Below are positions 23,909 to 36,293 of a stretch of DNA of 64,000 nt, one piece after another. This DNA comes from Eledone cirrhosa (taxonomy: Eukaryota), in the NCBI GenBank assembly GCA_964016885.1, contig OZ024746.1, forward strand, positions 58,838,001 to 58,902,000. The letters are read 5' to 3'. The notes beneath the pieces are model-generated. The model was not told the DNA's origin. It worked only from the letters and a program-made list of their open reading frames with translations, and ran no database searches. Within the stretch, counting starts at the first letter, position 1. Each line of letters starts with the position of its first letter. Made by a program: the position numbers and the translations under genes.

Positions 23909-23946
<38 letters not shown>

Positions 23947-25225
23947 AATATATATATGAATATATATTCGCTCATGATGTAAATACGTAAATGAATAGAA
24001 TTTTATTTTTAACCATACAACACTGACAACAAATGAGAGAAAAGTTAATTGCAAAATATATAGCTAAATAAGAAAGTACGATAGACATGGCCGTGTGTTT
24101 GAAGGCATCATAAAACTTGGTGTATCGAGGCGGTAATTCGTAAATAATTGATGTAAAAGAAGAGGTCAGGTAGTGGTATTAAAGTTATTGAAAAATAGCT
24201 AAGTCACCCGAACATACAATGGCTTCTTCCCGTGTTGTTAGTTATAGAAGCAAGCAATGATTTTATTCTGTGTGAACGAACTGTTAATTTTCACATATCT
24301 ACTAAGACTTCAGCTTTGAAATGAAACAATTACCCTCGGCTGCACTCTGTTAATTCAACTGTCACAAATTTCACTTCCTTCTTCAGCGAGATAGACCTAT
24401 AGATTTCAATTCGATACATACGATTGGCTTAACCACTCCAAATGCATTAGAAATGTTTTAATAAAATTGTTGGCTTTCTTTCGCTTTTTCTTTCTTTCTT
24501 TGTTTTTCAGTTTGTCTTTTTTTATTTTTTTTATTTTTATTTTTTTGCTTTTTCGAATTGTTGTATGTTTTATTTAATCTATATTTTTTTAAATTTACTT
24601 TTCTGTCTTTTTTTATTTTTCATTTCTGCTGTTTTGTATGTTGTTGTGTAATGAGAACATTTTTCATGAATTCATTAAGCTTTACTTAAAGAGAAACTGG
24701 GATGTTGATTAGTCATGCCTCAGTGATATAGGATAAATTTCAAACAATTATACAGATGCTTGTTGTGTCTTGGGTTATTTCTTTCGTATGAAGATTCGAG
24801 AATTTCAAACAATTCAAAGATTAAAAAAAAATTATCATTAAGGATCTAACTATAAAATCGATTTGAACTTAAGGCATACATACATCATCTTCGAACATAT
24901 TTTAAAACAAATTCCGAAACTAAACGGTGACTAACCTAGCAAGAATTTTACACTAAAATATCGTTGGTTTGGGTAATGTTTTATGGCGAGAAGCATAATT
25001 TCTAAATGTTTATATAAATATGTTCATACCTATAGTTATTTGCCTATTTACCACGACTTTTCACGTAACGTTCTATCTTATTATTTTTTGTTGTTGTGTA
25101 TTTTTCTTGGTGATGGATTTCATTCCGAATCGTTCAAGTTTCCTCTGCTCTTTCCTCATAGTTTTCTTGTACTTTTTCTATGGAGTATTGGTATACTCCA
25201 TTACTAATTTGATGCAGTGCAAACC

Positions 25226-25400
25226 GGACTGAGATTTGGCAGAATCGTTAGGGTATCAGACAAAATACTTTGGAACCTGTATTTACGTTCTGAGTTCAAA
25301 TTATGCTGGGGTCAACTTTGCTTTTATCTTTCCTGTGAGAAACAAATAACGTCAAGTACTGGGGCTGATTTCAAAGACATCTCCAAAATTACTAACCATT
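25226..25400 (+). mobile_element. Degenerate tRNA-derived SINE
   Basis: TGGCAGAATCG A-box, GAGTTCAAAT B-box, decayed core. Confidence 0.65.
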
Positions 25401-25495
25401 ATTATCATATATGTGTGTCTGTGAGAGAGTGAGTGTGTGTGTGTAAATAGGAAGGCAGAAAGCAGGCTTTGTTTAGAAACAGCTAGCGAATTTGA

Positions 25496-25644
25496 AAATT
25501 AGGTAGTAACATGTGCTTACGCTGTATTTGACTAAATAAAATTAGTCTGTTAGTTGGGATTTTAAAAAAAACCTCTGAATAGAAAAAAGGATAACAAATT
25601 TTATTTAGTCAAATACGGCGTAAGCACATGTTACTACCTAATTT
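25496..25644. repeat. 48-bp inverted repeat (fold-back) ending in a TA tract
   Basis: 25496-25543 versus 25597-25644. Confidence 0.85.
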
Positions 25645-25664
25645 ATATATATATATATATTATA

Positions 25665-25855
25665 CTCGGATCTGATTGTGGCTTTTTTCCGACGCTTTAT
25701 ATTTTGAGTTCAAATAACACCGACGTCAGCGTTGCGCTTCTTTTTTCCAGGGTCAATGAAATGAAATGCCAGTCAAAAAATCCGGAGGTAGATTTGATCA
25801 ACTACAACCACAAGTAAATCGCTGGTCCTGCGCCTACATTAGAAACCATTATTAT
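25665..25855 (+). mobile_element. Degenerate tRNA-derived SINE
   Basis: GAGTTCAAAT B-box; tail TAGAAACCATTATT. Confidence 0.55.
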
Positions 25856-26891
25856 CATAGACATATATAACATCTTCAAAATTGTTCTGTCCTAATAAAT
25901 AACAGTACTTTTAAATGACACATTTCCCTCTGATTCGATTGCAGCAGTTGTTTTGTTTCATTTTATTCGTTTTCCCTTTCCATTCGTTCTTCTCCAATTT
26001 TAGTGATTAATTACATAGATAAATTAGCTTCCTGACCAACGACGAATCTAGTTGGAAATAGATACTTTAAAAATGATAGTTTGTATATAAAGCAATCGAT
26101 CAATAATGTGTGTGTAGCAGAGATCGGTTTCCGCTCTGTCAGCAAAGATTTTACTACGTTTGTTTATCAGTTCTGATCATATGGAGAAAGGGGAAAACGA
26201 GAGGGGAGGGGAAAGGAAGCGATGAGACGACATAGTAAGATAGAATAACGTCTAAAATCAGTATGTATTACTCATATACAACTGTGTTTCTTTGATATGT
26301 TGTATTTTCCCCTTTTGTTTTCTGTTTTCTGTTTTATTATCAACTAGGCTATGTAGTATATAACGAAATAAAAAAGAAATTAATGTTAGCCTACCTAAAA
26401 CAAAAGCAAGATGGAGTTACATAGAGTCGCAAAAATGGTTTACTTCTATTTGTTTAGTGCTATTTTTTTCAATTCATTTAATAAAAAGCAGACGTGTTCT
26501 AGTTAGTTGTGTTGTTGTTTAATTAATGTTTTAATTTATATTAATTTATCATACACGCACGTCCATTTCCGTGTGATCAACCGATTTCTACTAATTGTAA
26601 ATTAATTGTATAATAAAGAAAAAGTTAAGTTACATTGTTACACCAGGAAAGACTAATATGTGGAAATTTATATTTAAAAAGTCGACGATTTTCAAAATTT
26701 AATAAAGATAGATTTGACTAGAGACGATAAACTGGATGAATGAAACTTCAATATTGAATAATTTCGTAAACATCATATTCTGGTTGCCACCTCTTTAGAT
26801 TATAACATCAGATTGAAATATGTCTAAAAATGGTCTTTTCTAGAACATCATCTATCTATCAGATGTTGTTATCCACCATAATAATACGCCC

Positions 26892-27082
26892 AGTATCGGT
26901 TGAGCGTCAGACACCATGCTTTGTAGAATAGAGTTATGGCCCTTTATGTTCTGAGTTCAACTCCCGCCGAGGTTAGCTTTGCCTTTCATCCTTACGTGGT
27001 CGATAAAATAAAGTACAAATCACTCACTGAGTAATGCACTGGAGTAATTGCTGACCTTGTGCCAAACATAGAAACAATTATT
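26892..27082 (+). mobile_element. tRNA-derived SINE with Deu/Nin-like core
   Basis: B-box GAGTTCAACTCC; core GCCTTTCATCCTTACGTGGTCGATAAAATAAAGTAC. Confidence 0.85.
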
Positions 27083-27091
27083 TAAAAAGAA

Positions 27092-27162
27092 ATCGCTTCT
27101 TGGCCTTTCTCAGTCTTTTGGCTAAGATCAAAGTGTAGTATCTGTTCTTAACAGCCTAATAC
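27092..27162 (+). pseudogene. U2: U2 snRNA 5' fragment (pseudogene) with a small internal duplication
   Basis: ATCGCTTCT.GGCCTTT[ctcagtcttt]TGGCTAAGATCAAAGTGTAGTATCTGTTCTTA.CAG; includes the GTAGTA branch-site recognition sequence; no 3' half or Sm site. Confidence 0.9.
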
Positions 27163-27174
27163 CTTTTCTAAGGC

Positions 27175-27340
27175 CTTGGGTTGGCAAAATCGATATAGCA
27201 TCGGATAACATGCTTAGCGGAATAGAGCCCTTTATGTTGTGAGTTCAAATCCTGCCGAGGATAGCACCAGTATTGCACTGCAGTCGATTTAATCGACTTT
27301 CCCTCCGCCCAAATTGCTGGCCTTGTCTCTATAGTAGAAA

Positions 27341-27385
<45 letters not shown>
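27175..27385 (+). mobile_element. tRNA-derived SINE (core deleted) with (ATT)n tail
   Basis: B-box GAGTTCAAATCC; tail TAGAAATC(ATT)n. Confidence 0.8.
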
Positions 27386-27387
<2 letters not shown>

Positions 27388-27388
27388 T

Positions 27389-27893
27389 TTCTTTGAGTCT
27401 CAGTCATTGATGTTATTTAACTGGAAAGTTTGTTGAAATGAATATCAAGCCACTACCTGCAGCCTCAGATATTCAGGACGTATCGGAGGGTTCTTGCTGT
27501 TCCCAGCAAGCATGCCTTTTGAAGCGTTCCAAAAAGCGTGAAGGGGACAATTTTCTTTAACCATCCCTGGAAACTTTTTGAGATAGTACCTAGAGCGCCT
27601 ATGACAATCGGGACCACTTTGACTTCATGGCAGTTCCAGATTCTTTTAACCTCCCACTTTAAGTCCTGGTATCGGATAATTTTCTCCCTCCCCTTCTCTT
27701 GCACTCTCGTGTCGAATGGGTAGGCCACATCCATAATCAAGCACGATCTTTTTTCTTTGTCCAAAACCACCAGGTCATGTCTATTGTGTTCCAGTTTCTT
27801 GTCCGTCTGTATCCTAAAATCCCACAGCACCTTCACCTGATCGTTTTCTATCACCGACTCTGGCTTATACTCATACCACTTATGTGAATGTGG
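27389..27893 (-). mobile_element. 3' fragment of an R4/Dong-like LINE with restriction-like endonuclease (ORF 27465-27890)
   Basis: KWYEYKPE..ENDQVKVLWDF.IQTD...HNR.DLVV.DK...DVA.P...EK..RYQDL...VPIVIGALG; 3' end abuts (TAA)n. Confidence 0.85.
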
Positions 27894-27920
27894 TAATTAT
27901 TATTAACTTTGCCTTTCATC

Positions 27921-28160
27921 AAAGAAAAGAATCCCCAGTCACTGAAGAGGTCACAGAATGTGTGACGAAAGAACTTTGACAATATATAAACAACCATCGG
28001 AAATTAATAAATTCCTAAATTTATAAATTTATTATAATAAATTGAAGGGAAGCATCTGGTGCGTGTGTTTCTTATTGGCAACATGACCCTCCCAAAGTAT
28101 AACAATATCGGTTTCAACACACGTTTTCAGATAAAGAATCTTGCTAAACAAATTCACAAA

Positions 28161-28163
<3 letters not shown>
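27921..28163 (+). mobile_element. Solo PLE pLTR fragment (family F) with hammerhead at 27938-27980
   Basis: GTCA-CTGAAGA-g-GTCACA gaatg TGTGAC-GAA-AGAACT-T-TGAC; same 3' tail as at 21720 and 23910; ends in (TA)n. Confidence 0.85.
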
Positions 28164-28217
<54 letters not shown>

Positions 28218-28280
28218 TGAATATCCAACCGATAAGGAATGATTTTCATGGGTACGTCTCTATTTATAAAATAAACTTTG

Positions 28281-28343
28281 TATTTTATCTGATGAAAGCG
28301 TACCAATGTGTCTTGGTACCCTTGAAATATATATAATAAAATA
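28281..28343 (+). ncRNA. Type I hammerhead ribozyme with (AT)4 stem III
   Basis: TATTTTAT-CTGATGA-AAGcGTACCAA tgtgtc TTGGTACcCTT-GAA-ATATATAT-A-ATAAAATA; perfect 8-bp stem I. Confidence 0.88.
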
Positions 28344-28394
28344 ATATGGTTTTATAAATATAGTTTCCATTTATTTAATATCAACAACAAGACT

Positions 28395-28708
28395 ACCACC
28401 ACCGCTACGACCACCAACACCACCACCATCACCACCATCACCACCACCGTCACCACCACCACCACCACCACCGTCACCACCACCACCAGCGTCACCACTA
28501 CCACCACCACTACCACAACCACCACCACCATCAACACTGCCATCACCACCACCACCATCACCACTACCACCACCACCACCACCGTCACCACCACCACCAC
28601 TACCACAACCACCACCACCATCAACAGTAGCGTCACCCGCACTATCGTCACCACCACCTCTACCACCACCACCGTCACCACTAATACCACCACTACCACT
28701 ACCACTAC
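28395..28708. repeat. Imperfect (CAC)n repeat
   Basis: Direct reading. Confidence 0.95.
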
Positions 28709-29068
28709 ATGTTTTTGAAAATTATATATCAGAAGTCTTATAACATAAATAAAGGCAATATTTTTGAGTAACGATATAATCTCCTGTTATGCACTCAGCT
28801 ATATTATGTCTGTCTATGTGGCGTCTAAAATTGTATCCAAATATAGCATGTCTTCGCATTGATTTATAGTCCAGACTCTTTAAAAGAGACTCAGACTATT
28901 TGATATCTTCCATTCTATCATGTGTTGCCGTGTTGGGTGGTGTCTAGTGAGTGTGTGTGTGTTGGTGTACTGTAGTGTGTTATTGGTTACACTTCTAGTC
29001 TCTATATACATATATATTTATATATATGTGTGTGTACATATACATATGTGTGTGTGTGTATGTATGTG

Positions 29069-29114
<46 letters not shown>

Positions 29115-29168
29115 CGTGTATGTGTGTACATATACATATATATATATATGTGTGTGTGAGTGTATGTG

Positions 29169-29203
<35 letters not shown>

Positions 29204-29322
29204 ATATTAATATATATAATATGTATATGTATGTATATGTATATATAAATATATATATATATACATATATACATATATATAGAGATATTAATATATATAA
29301 TATGCATATGTATGTATACGTG

Positions 29323-29362
<40 letters not shown>

Positions 29363-29396
29363 TATTAATATATATAATATGCATATGTATGTATAC

Positions 29397-29455
<59 letters not shown>

Positions 29456-29456
29456 A

Positions 29457-29487
<31 letters not shown>

Positions 29488-29570
29488 CATATATATATGT
29501 ATATATATATACATATATATATATACACATGTATATATATATATTCATACATATATATATACACACACAT

Positions 29571-29629
<59 letters not shown>

Positions 29630-29804
29630 TAGTTATATAGTTATTGGTGTTAGTGCTGGTGTTAGTGCTGGTGTTGCTGTTGGTGCTGTTTTCCGTATGG
29701 TTGATGGTGGTGATGGGGAAGCGCCTGGTATTTTTGTTGTTGTGATTGGTGCTCCGAAGCTAATATTTGGGTTTAGTTCGGAATGCTTCTTCTTTTCTTT
29801 TCTC

Positions 29805-29998
29805 CACCATCATTACAATCACCATCATCATCACCACCATCATTACAATCACCATCATCGTCATCATCATCACCACCATCATTACAATCACCATCATCAT
29901 CACCACCATCATTACAATCACCATCATCATCATCACCACCATCACCATCACCATCATCATCATCACCACCATCACCATCATCATCATCATTCTCATCA
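29805..29998. repeat. (CAT/CAC)n repeat with a higher-order unit of ~30 bp
   Basis: CATCATTACAATCACCATCATCATCACCAC recurs. Confidence 0.92.
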
Positions 29999-30166
29999 TG
30001 ATTGATTCATTGTAAAGAGATTGTTGAACTTGTCTGTCGATATTCCAACGTTTGGTTGGCGCAATCACGAATACTAAGATGTTTCCAAAGAAATCAAACA
30101 CACATACATACATACATACATATACACACACACACATATGTATGTATGTATGTATGTATATATATG

Positions 30167-30285
<119 letters not shown>

Positions 30286-30325
30286 ATGTATGTATATATA
30301 TGCATACATACACACACACACACTG

Positions 30326-30377
<52 letters not shown>

Positions 30378-30426
30378 ATATAAATATATATACACACATA
30401 AACACAGGCAAACCCTCACAAACAAA

Positions 30427-30519
<93 letters not shown>

Positions 30520-30929
30520 GCACAAGACCCCAAAATCTACACATACTCACTAACTCATACACGTATTCGAATATAACAGTTCATTTACTCAATTTAGTAC
30601 ACATATACACACAACGCACAGAAGCTCGTACTTACACATTCTACGTATAAGGAATCTTCTATATTGCACAACTAAGGGATGAACCTGCATATAGGCCAGC
30701 ACGTTAAAATGGATATTCATATTATGATTCAACATAGAGGGACGCCTTCTGTTGTTGCTGGTGTTATCGTTGTTGTTGCTGCTGTTGCTGCTGCTGCTGC
30801 TGCGGGGAGAATCTTTGTTTGTTCAGGGATGTTGTTCTTTTCAGTCGGTAGTTTATTGTAGGCGTGCAAAGCTAGGATCTTAGGATCTGTGGCAGTTTCT
30901 ACCTCAATTGGAAGGACAGTGAAAGCGAC

Positions 30930-30930
<1 letters not shown>

Positions 30931-31003
<73 letters not shown>

Positions 31004-31061
31004 CAGCAGCAGCAGCAGTAGTAGTACTAGTAGTAGTAGTAGTAGTAGTAGTAGTTGTAGT

Positions 31062-31141
<80 letters not shown>

Positions 31142-31163
31142 CAGCAGCAGTGATAGTAGCAGC

Positions 31164-31225
<62 letters not shown>

Positions 31226-31273
31226 GAGGAGGAGGAGGAGGAGGAGGAGTAGTAGCAGCAGCAGCAGCAGTGA

Positions 31274-31321
<48 letters not shown>

Positions 31322-31331
31322 CATCAGGAGC

Positions 31332-31396
<65 letters not shown>

Positions 31397-31412
31397 CAGT
31401 AGTAGTAGTAGT

Positions 31413-31477
<65 letters not shown>

Positions 31478-31513
31478 CAGCAGCAGCAGTTGTAGAAGCA
31501 GTAGTAGTAGTAG
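30931..31513. repeat. Compound (GTA)n/(GCA)n/(GGA)n trinucleotide tract
   Basis: Direct reading. Confidence 0.97.
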
Positions 31514-31757
31514 TTTTGTTGATGCACCCAGTTAGTCCCAGACCGGTCCTGATTGTGTAGACAAAAGATCGAAGACTTTTCATCTGTCACATTTCCATAT
31601 TCTTTTGTTCCTTAATTCTGTTTAATAAGCCCGAACTATATTATACAAAGATTAGAAAACATAGAGTTGCTTTTGTTTTAAGTAATCTTTTCTGGTGGTA
31701 CTATACTACAGCACGTCATCATTGCATGTAAAGATGGCTAATTATTTCATTCAATCA

Positions 31758-31947
31758 GGTGGTGGATTGGCAGTATCGGGAGAGGGTCGGACGCCATGCT
31801 TTGCATCACAGTTACGTCATTTTACAGACTGAGTTCAAATCCCGGCGAGGTTAACTTTGCCTTTCATCCTTACGGCGTCGATAACATAAAGTACCAGTAA
31901 TGCACTGGGATAATTGGTGGCCTTGTGCCAAAAGTAGAAATGATTAT
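31758..31947 (+). mobile_element. Full-length tRNA-derived SINE
   Basis: A-box TGGCAGTATCGG, B-box GAGTTCAAATCC, core GCCTTTCATCCTTACGGCGTCGATAA. Confidence 0.9.
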
Positions 31948-32295
31948 TTCATTCAACCACAAAATAGAACAACTAAAGATAAATTTGATCTCAGTGTCAT
32001 ACGAAACGCGAACGTATTAAGATGCAACTAAGTACCACAAATGTTGCCATCTATTCAGAACGATGTGCTGTAATGTTCTTGAAGATTTTACTACTATCTC
32101 CTTCAATAAAAGGTATCGCATAGTTACTTCTCCTTTACTTGCGATGTCACATGAGCGAGGGAAGACACTCGCAATAGGTAAATTTCAATGACCACTAGAA
32201 TGTGAAATTTCAATTCTGTTAATTCCACAGCTTCTTTCATGCAGCAATACATGATGTGTTTGTTGTTTCTGGTGTCGTTATAATCAATGTTATGA

Positions 32296-32670
32296 GCGAT
32301 GGTGGCTTGAGTGCGGCTCTGGGCATTGACAAGGACAATGTGGAAAGACTCTGCTGGAGCATTTTAAGTCGTTAACCCATGGGTAATTTCCAAAACTCTT
32401 TGGTATTACAGTTCTATACTGGGAAATTTTAAATTCGAGACAAGCTCTAGAGCCATGGAAGTGCCAATAGCGGGACCTGTCCAAGATGCACACAGAATGA
32501 CGCAACTATCCTGCATGCTATCAGCCAGTGCTCGCGCATTGGAGATTTGTAGGCTTGTCTCAAAGAACTGTTATCTCATTAAGGACAGATCCGTCTATCA
32601 GTTGAGTCTATTATGAAAACTGAACCGCTACTTACCTTTAGAAGAGAGGAACAGCGGATTTGTCAATGCC
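32296..32670 (+). pseudogene. Old Tx1 ORF2 C-terminal fragment with multiple stops
   Basis: Manual translation PMGNFQNSL...IRDKL*SHG...TCPRC..ND.TILHAI.QC...GQIRLSVESI matches A/B PMDNFQKSL...RDKLYRHG...CPRC. Confidence 0.8.
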
Positions 32671-32776
32671 CGTAAGATAACAGAGCAATCCAAACAGTCT
32701 TCTTTGGAATTACCTTCCACTATTATGGATATTGTCCGTGTTTTCTATTTTTATGTAAATTTAGTATTAATATTAT

Positions 32777-32975
32777 GGACGGTGGATTGGCAGTATCTGT
32801 AGTATATGTAGAGCCTCGGACACCCTGCTTGGTGGCACAGAGTTACGGCTCTTTACACTCAGCGTTCAAATCCTGCCGAGGTTAGCTTTGCCTTTCATCC
32901 CTACGGGGTCGATAAATAAAGTACCAGTCACGCACTTGGGTCGATTTAATCGACTTTTTCCTCCACCACAATTGC
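32777..32975 (+). mobile_element. tRNA-derived SINE
   Basis: A/B boxes and core as in other copies. Confidence 0.85.
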
Positions 32976-35068
32976 ATCTTCTCGACACCTAGAGCAAAGG
33001 AAATCACTGAATACAATTGATAAGCCACAAAAATAAACACAACAGATTGTTCATGACACGCACTTCACACATTTACAAGTATGTCATTTGTTTTAGTCAT
33101 GTACACTTTATCTGCTAAAAATTTCATTTGCAACAAAATGATAATCAATCTTATAATAATCAAATGAACTATTACAAAACAATTTATTGTTATTTGATAA
33201 AACATTTCGTAGTTATGTCTAACAGAACGAGTTACCGCTAGAAGATCCACCGTTACCACCCGAATGAGTAGAAACAGGACTCTCCGTTTACCTCAATTAT
33301 AATGGTCAAATCAGTTACCACAGAGACGTTCTTCCGTTGGCTCACAAGGGAGAAGAGGCGCTATTTTTCGGTACATGAATAAAAATGGCGACTAAAAACT
33401 GAAATTTAAATCGTTGCGTTCACAGCAATACTCTCATGTTTTACATCTTTTATCAGCCGTTTCAATTTATTTTTATATTATTACTTTTACTATTTTTTCT
33501 TTGTCTTATTTTATTTTATTTTATTTTATTACAATATTGATTATCTCTATTTTCTCATGAGCATTGCTTGGAAACCTGATTGGCTCCATTGGGGCTGACC
33601 TACACTCGATGCACTGAGCAAAGTCGAATTTATTTACCAAGTGATCAATCACGTTTGAGAGATCACTTCAAACATGATCAATTGTAAAAGGAATCGAACC
33701 AGTCGACTGTGTGGCTCCACCTTGAAAATTATTCAACATCAAAAGAGACAGAAACCACTATCAATTTTGATTCCACAACCTGGAAACTGAAGGACTAAAT
33801 AATGGTGAGAAATTGTCGAAGTAGGCATGAAATAAATTTGCTGCTGTTGTTTTTACTGTCGTTATTATGTTGTTATCGTTATTGTTACATTTGTTGTTAT
33901 TGTTGTTAGAGTGTTTTTTGCCGTTTCCGTTGTTGTTACGCTTGTCGTTGTTTCTGTTGTCATCGTTATTCGCTTGACGTTGTTGTTATTGTTGTCATCG
34001 TTATTCATATTATCTCTATCTTTTTCTGTTATCGTCTTCGATTTTGTTGTTATTGTCCTTGTTTGTTTGTTTGTTTGTTTTTGTTCTTTTTATTCTATTT
34101 CTTCTTTTCCCTCCCCAGATATACCATTATCCACAGAAAACTGTGCTCAAAGTTACTCCAATCATGACTAACAGCTACGTATAATTTTAAAGACATATAT
34201 TTATTGGTTTTTCTTGAAGAAAAGGACTGTGCTATGACCATTGAAGTTGCAGCGTTCAAGTTATAGGAATGGCTACATTCTTTCTAATGTGTCCAGATTC
34301 GATTAAATCTGTTAATAAATATTTAGGGTTTTTACCTCAAATTCCTCCTAATACCTTCTCTAAATCATTATACTCTTCATATTGTTCTATATTTTTACAG
34401 CACCAAGTCAGCCCTAATCATCGTATCATAACTAATACTATATTATTCAAAGTGTCCTTCATTTTTACAAACATTACACCATGACCTGATACAGATGTGA
34501 CTGGTATAAAGGGGAAATTTGAACCTATGTAGGTTTAGTAGAGTACATGAATAATAAAAGCCCTGATCTAATATGAAAAGGAACATGATATTAGGGGTGT
34601 TGCTGAACAACACAACGTGCTGCCTAGTCGAGTTATAGACCCCACGATGTTATGATCATGAGTCCAATATCCTAACAATGAAACTATAGGCCTTCACTGC
34701 AGACAAAATGTTCCTTATTTGTACTAACATTTTATTTAAGCTTTCGTCAGTTTAAAGTGATTCAGAAACGGAAGCTTCTTTATATCTTGCTGCATGTATT
34801 TAATGTTAATCCACTCCTCTTCTCAATTTACTATTGTTAGAAATAGTGTTCAATGCATCATTGATAAATGAAAAAGCTAGCATCTTATCTTCAATGAATT
34901 CACTATTGATCTCAATATGGTCCATGTCTTCACCTAGCTCCATCAGGTTTTCCATTCACTTATTTTGCATATAATCAACGTTCTTTATACTCTTCACCAT
35001 TTCTGCTGGCATCACTAAATATTCTATTACCCAGAAATGAGAAACATGTTCATAGATTCATATCTATG

Positions 35069-35235
<167 letters not shown>

Positions 35236-35394
35236 TATATATATAATATATATATATATATATGTATTATAGAAAAGACTTCAAAAGGACTAGAACTATT
35301 TCATTCGAATAAAATCATCGGACGAATAAAACGATTCTCGTGTTCAAATAATAAATATGGTTATTTTCTGCTAACGTATTGAGTAACTTCCTTA

Positions 35395-35443
<49 letters not shown>

Positions 35444-35556
35444 TTAGTTTCTAATACTTAAACATCTCAATGAATGGATAAAATATGTAGATAAATCAGG
35501 GAAAGTATATTACATATTTATATCAAGTGAAAAATATCCATTCATGGAAGTATAAG

Positions 35557-35710
35557 TCAGCATTCGACATCAAATCTACCGAGTGCAAGTGGGACACCAC
35601 CTTCTGTCGAGTTAAGTAACACCATGTCGTCTGTAAATTCAAGCCCACTGATTTTACGCACGCCAGTCATGACACCACTTCCAACCCGGCTGCGTATGTC
35701 AATGCTGTTC
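35557..35710 (-). pseudogene. Short LINE RT fragment
   Basis: KISGLEFTDDMVLL resembles the L(F/Y)ADD motif. Confidence 0.5.
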
Positions 35711-35717
35711 ATGTAAA

Positions 35718-35910
35718 TAATTGTTTCTACATTTGGCACAAGGCCAGCAATTATCCCAGTGCATTACTGGTGCTCTATTTTATCGACCCCGTAAGGATGA
35801 AAGGCAAAGTTAACCTCGGCGGGATTGGAATTCAGAACGTAAAGGGGCGTAAATCTATGTTGGAAATCATGGCGTCCGCACTTCCACCGATACTGCCAAT
35901 CCACCGCCAA
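35718..35910 (-). mobile_element. tRNA-derived SINE
   Basis: Reverse complement of the SINE consensus. Confidence 0.88.
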
Positions 35911-36293
35911 TCATGTAAATAATGAACAGGGGATGTGAGAGTATGCACATTTGAGTTCTTTAACTGCTCTTGTGACCTCTGCCTCTGAGAGATTAGTCGC
36001 CGCTCCCAGATGCACTTCGTGTACATGGGGAGGATGATGTTGTGATAGGGTTTAGAACAGCAAAGTATTCCCTCACATATATATCTAAATAGAAATTTAT
36101 ATAACCAATGAAAAATAATAATTTACAGCTCACAAAAATATATTGTAACAAACGACACAACAAATATCAGTTGCACGAACAGGAAACTCAATGGCGGCAA
36201 TAGCCGCCACTACAGCAAGAATAACAATAACTACAGTAACAATAGAAACAGCAGTAATAACAACAGCAATAAGAGCAACTACTGCAGCATTCA

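Larger units (their letters stand above)
22546..23910. mobile_element. Second Neptune-like PLE copy with inverted pLTRs
   Basis: Left arm 22546-23035 is inverted relative to the right arm (to 23850, plus tail to 23910); GIY-YIG on the + strand. Confidence 0.88.
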
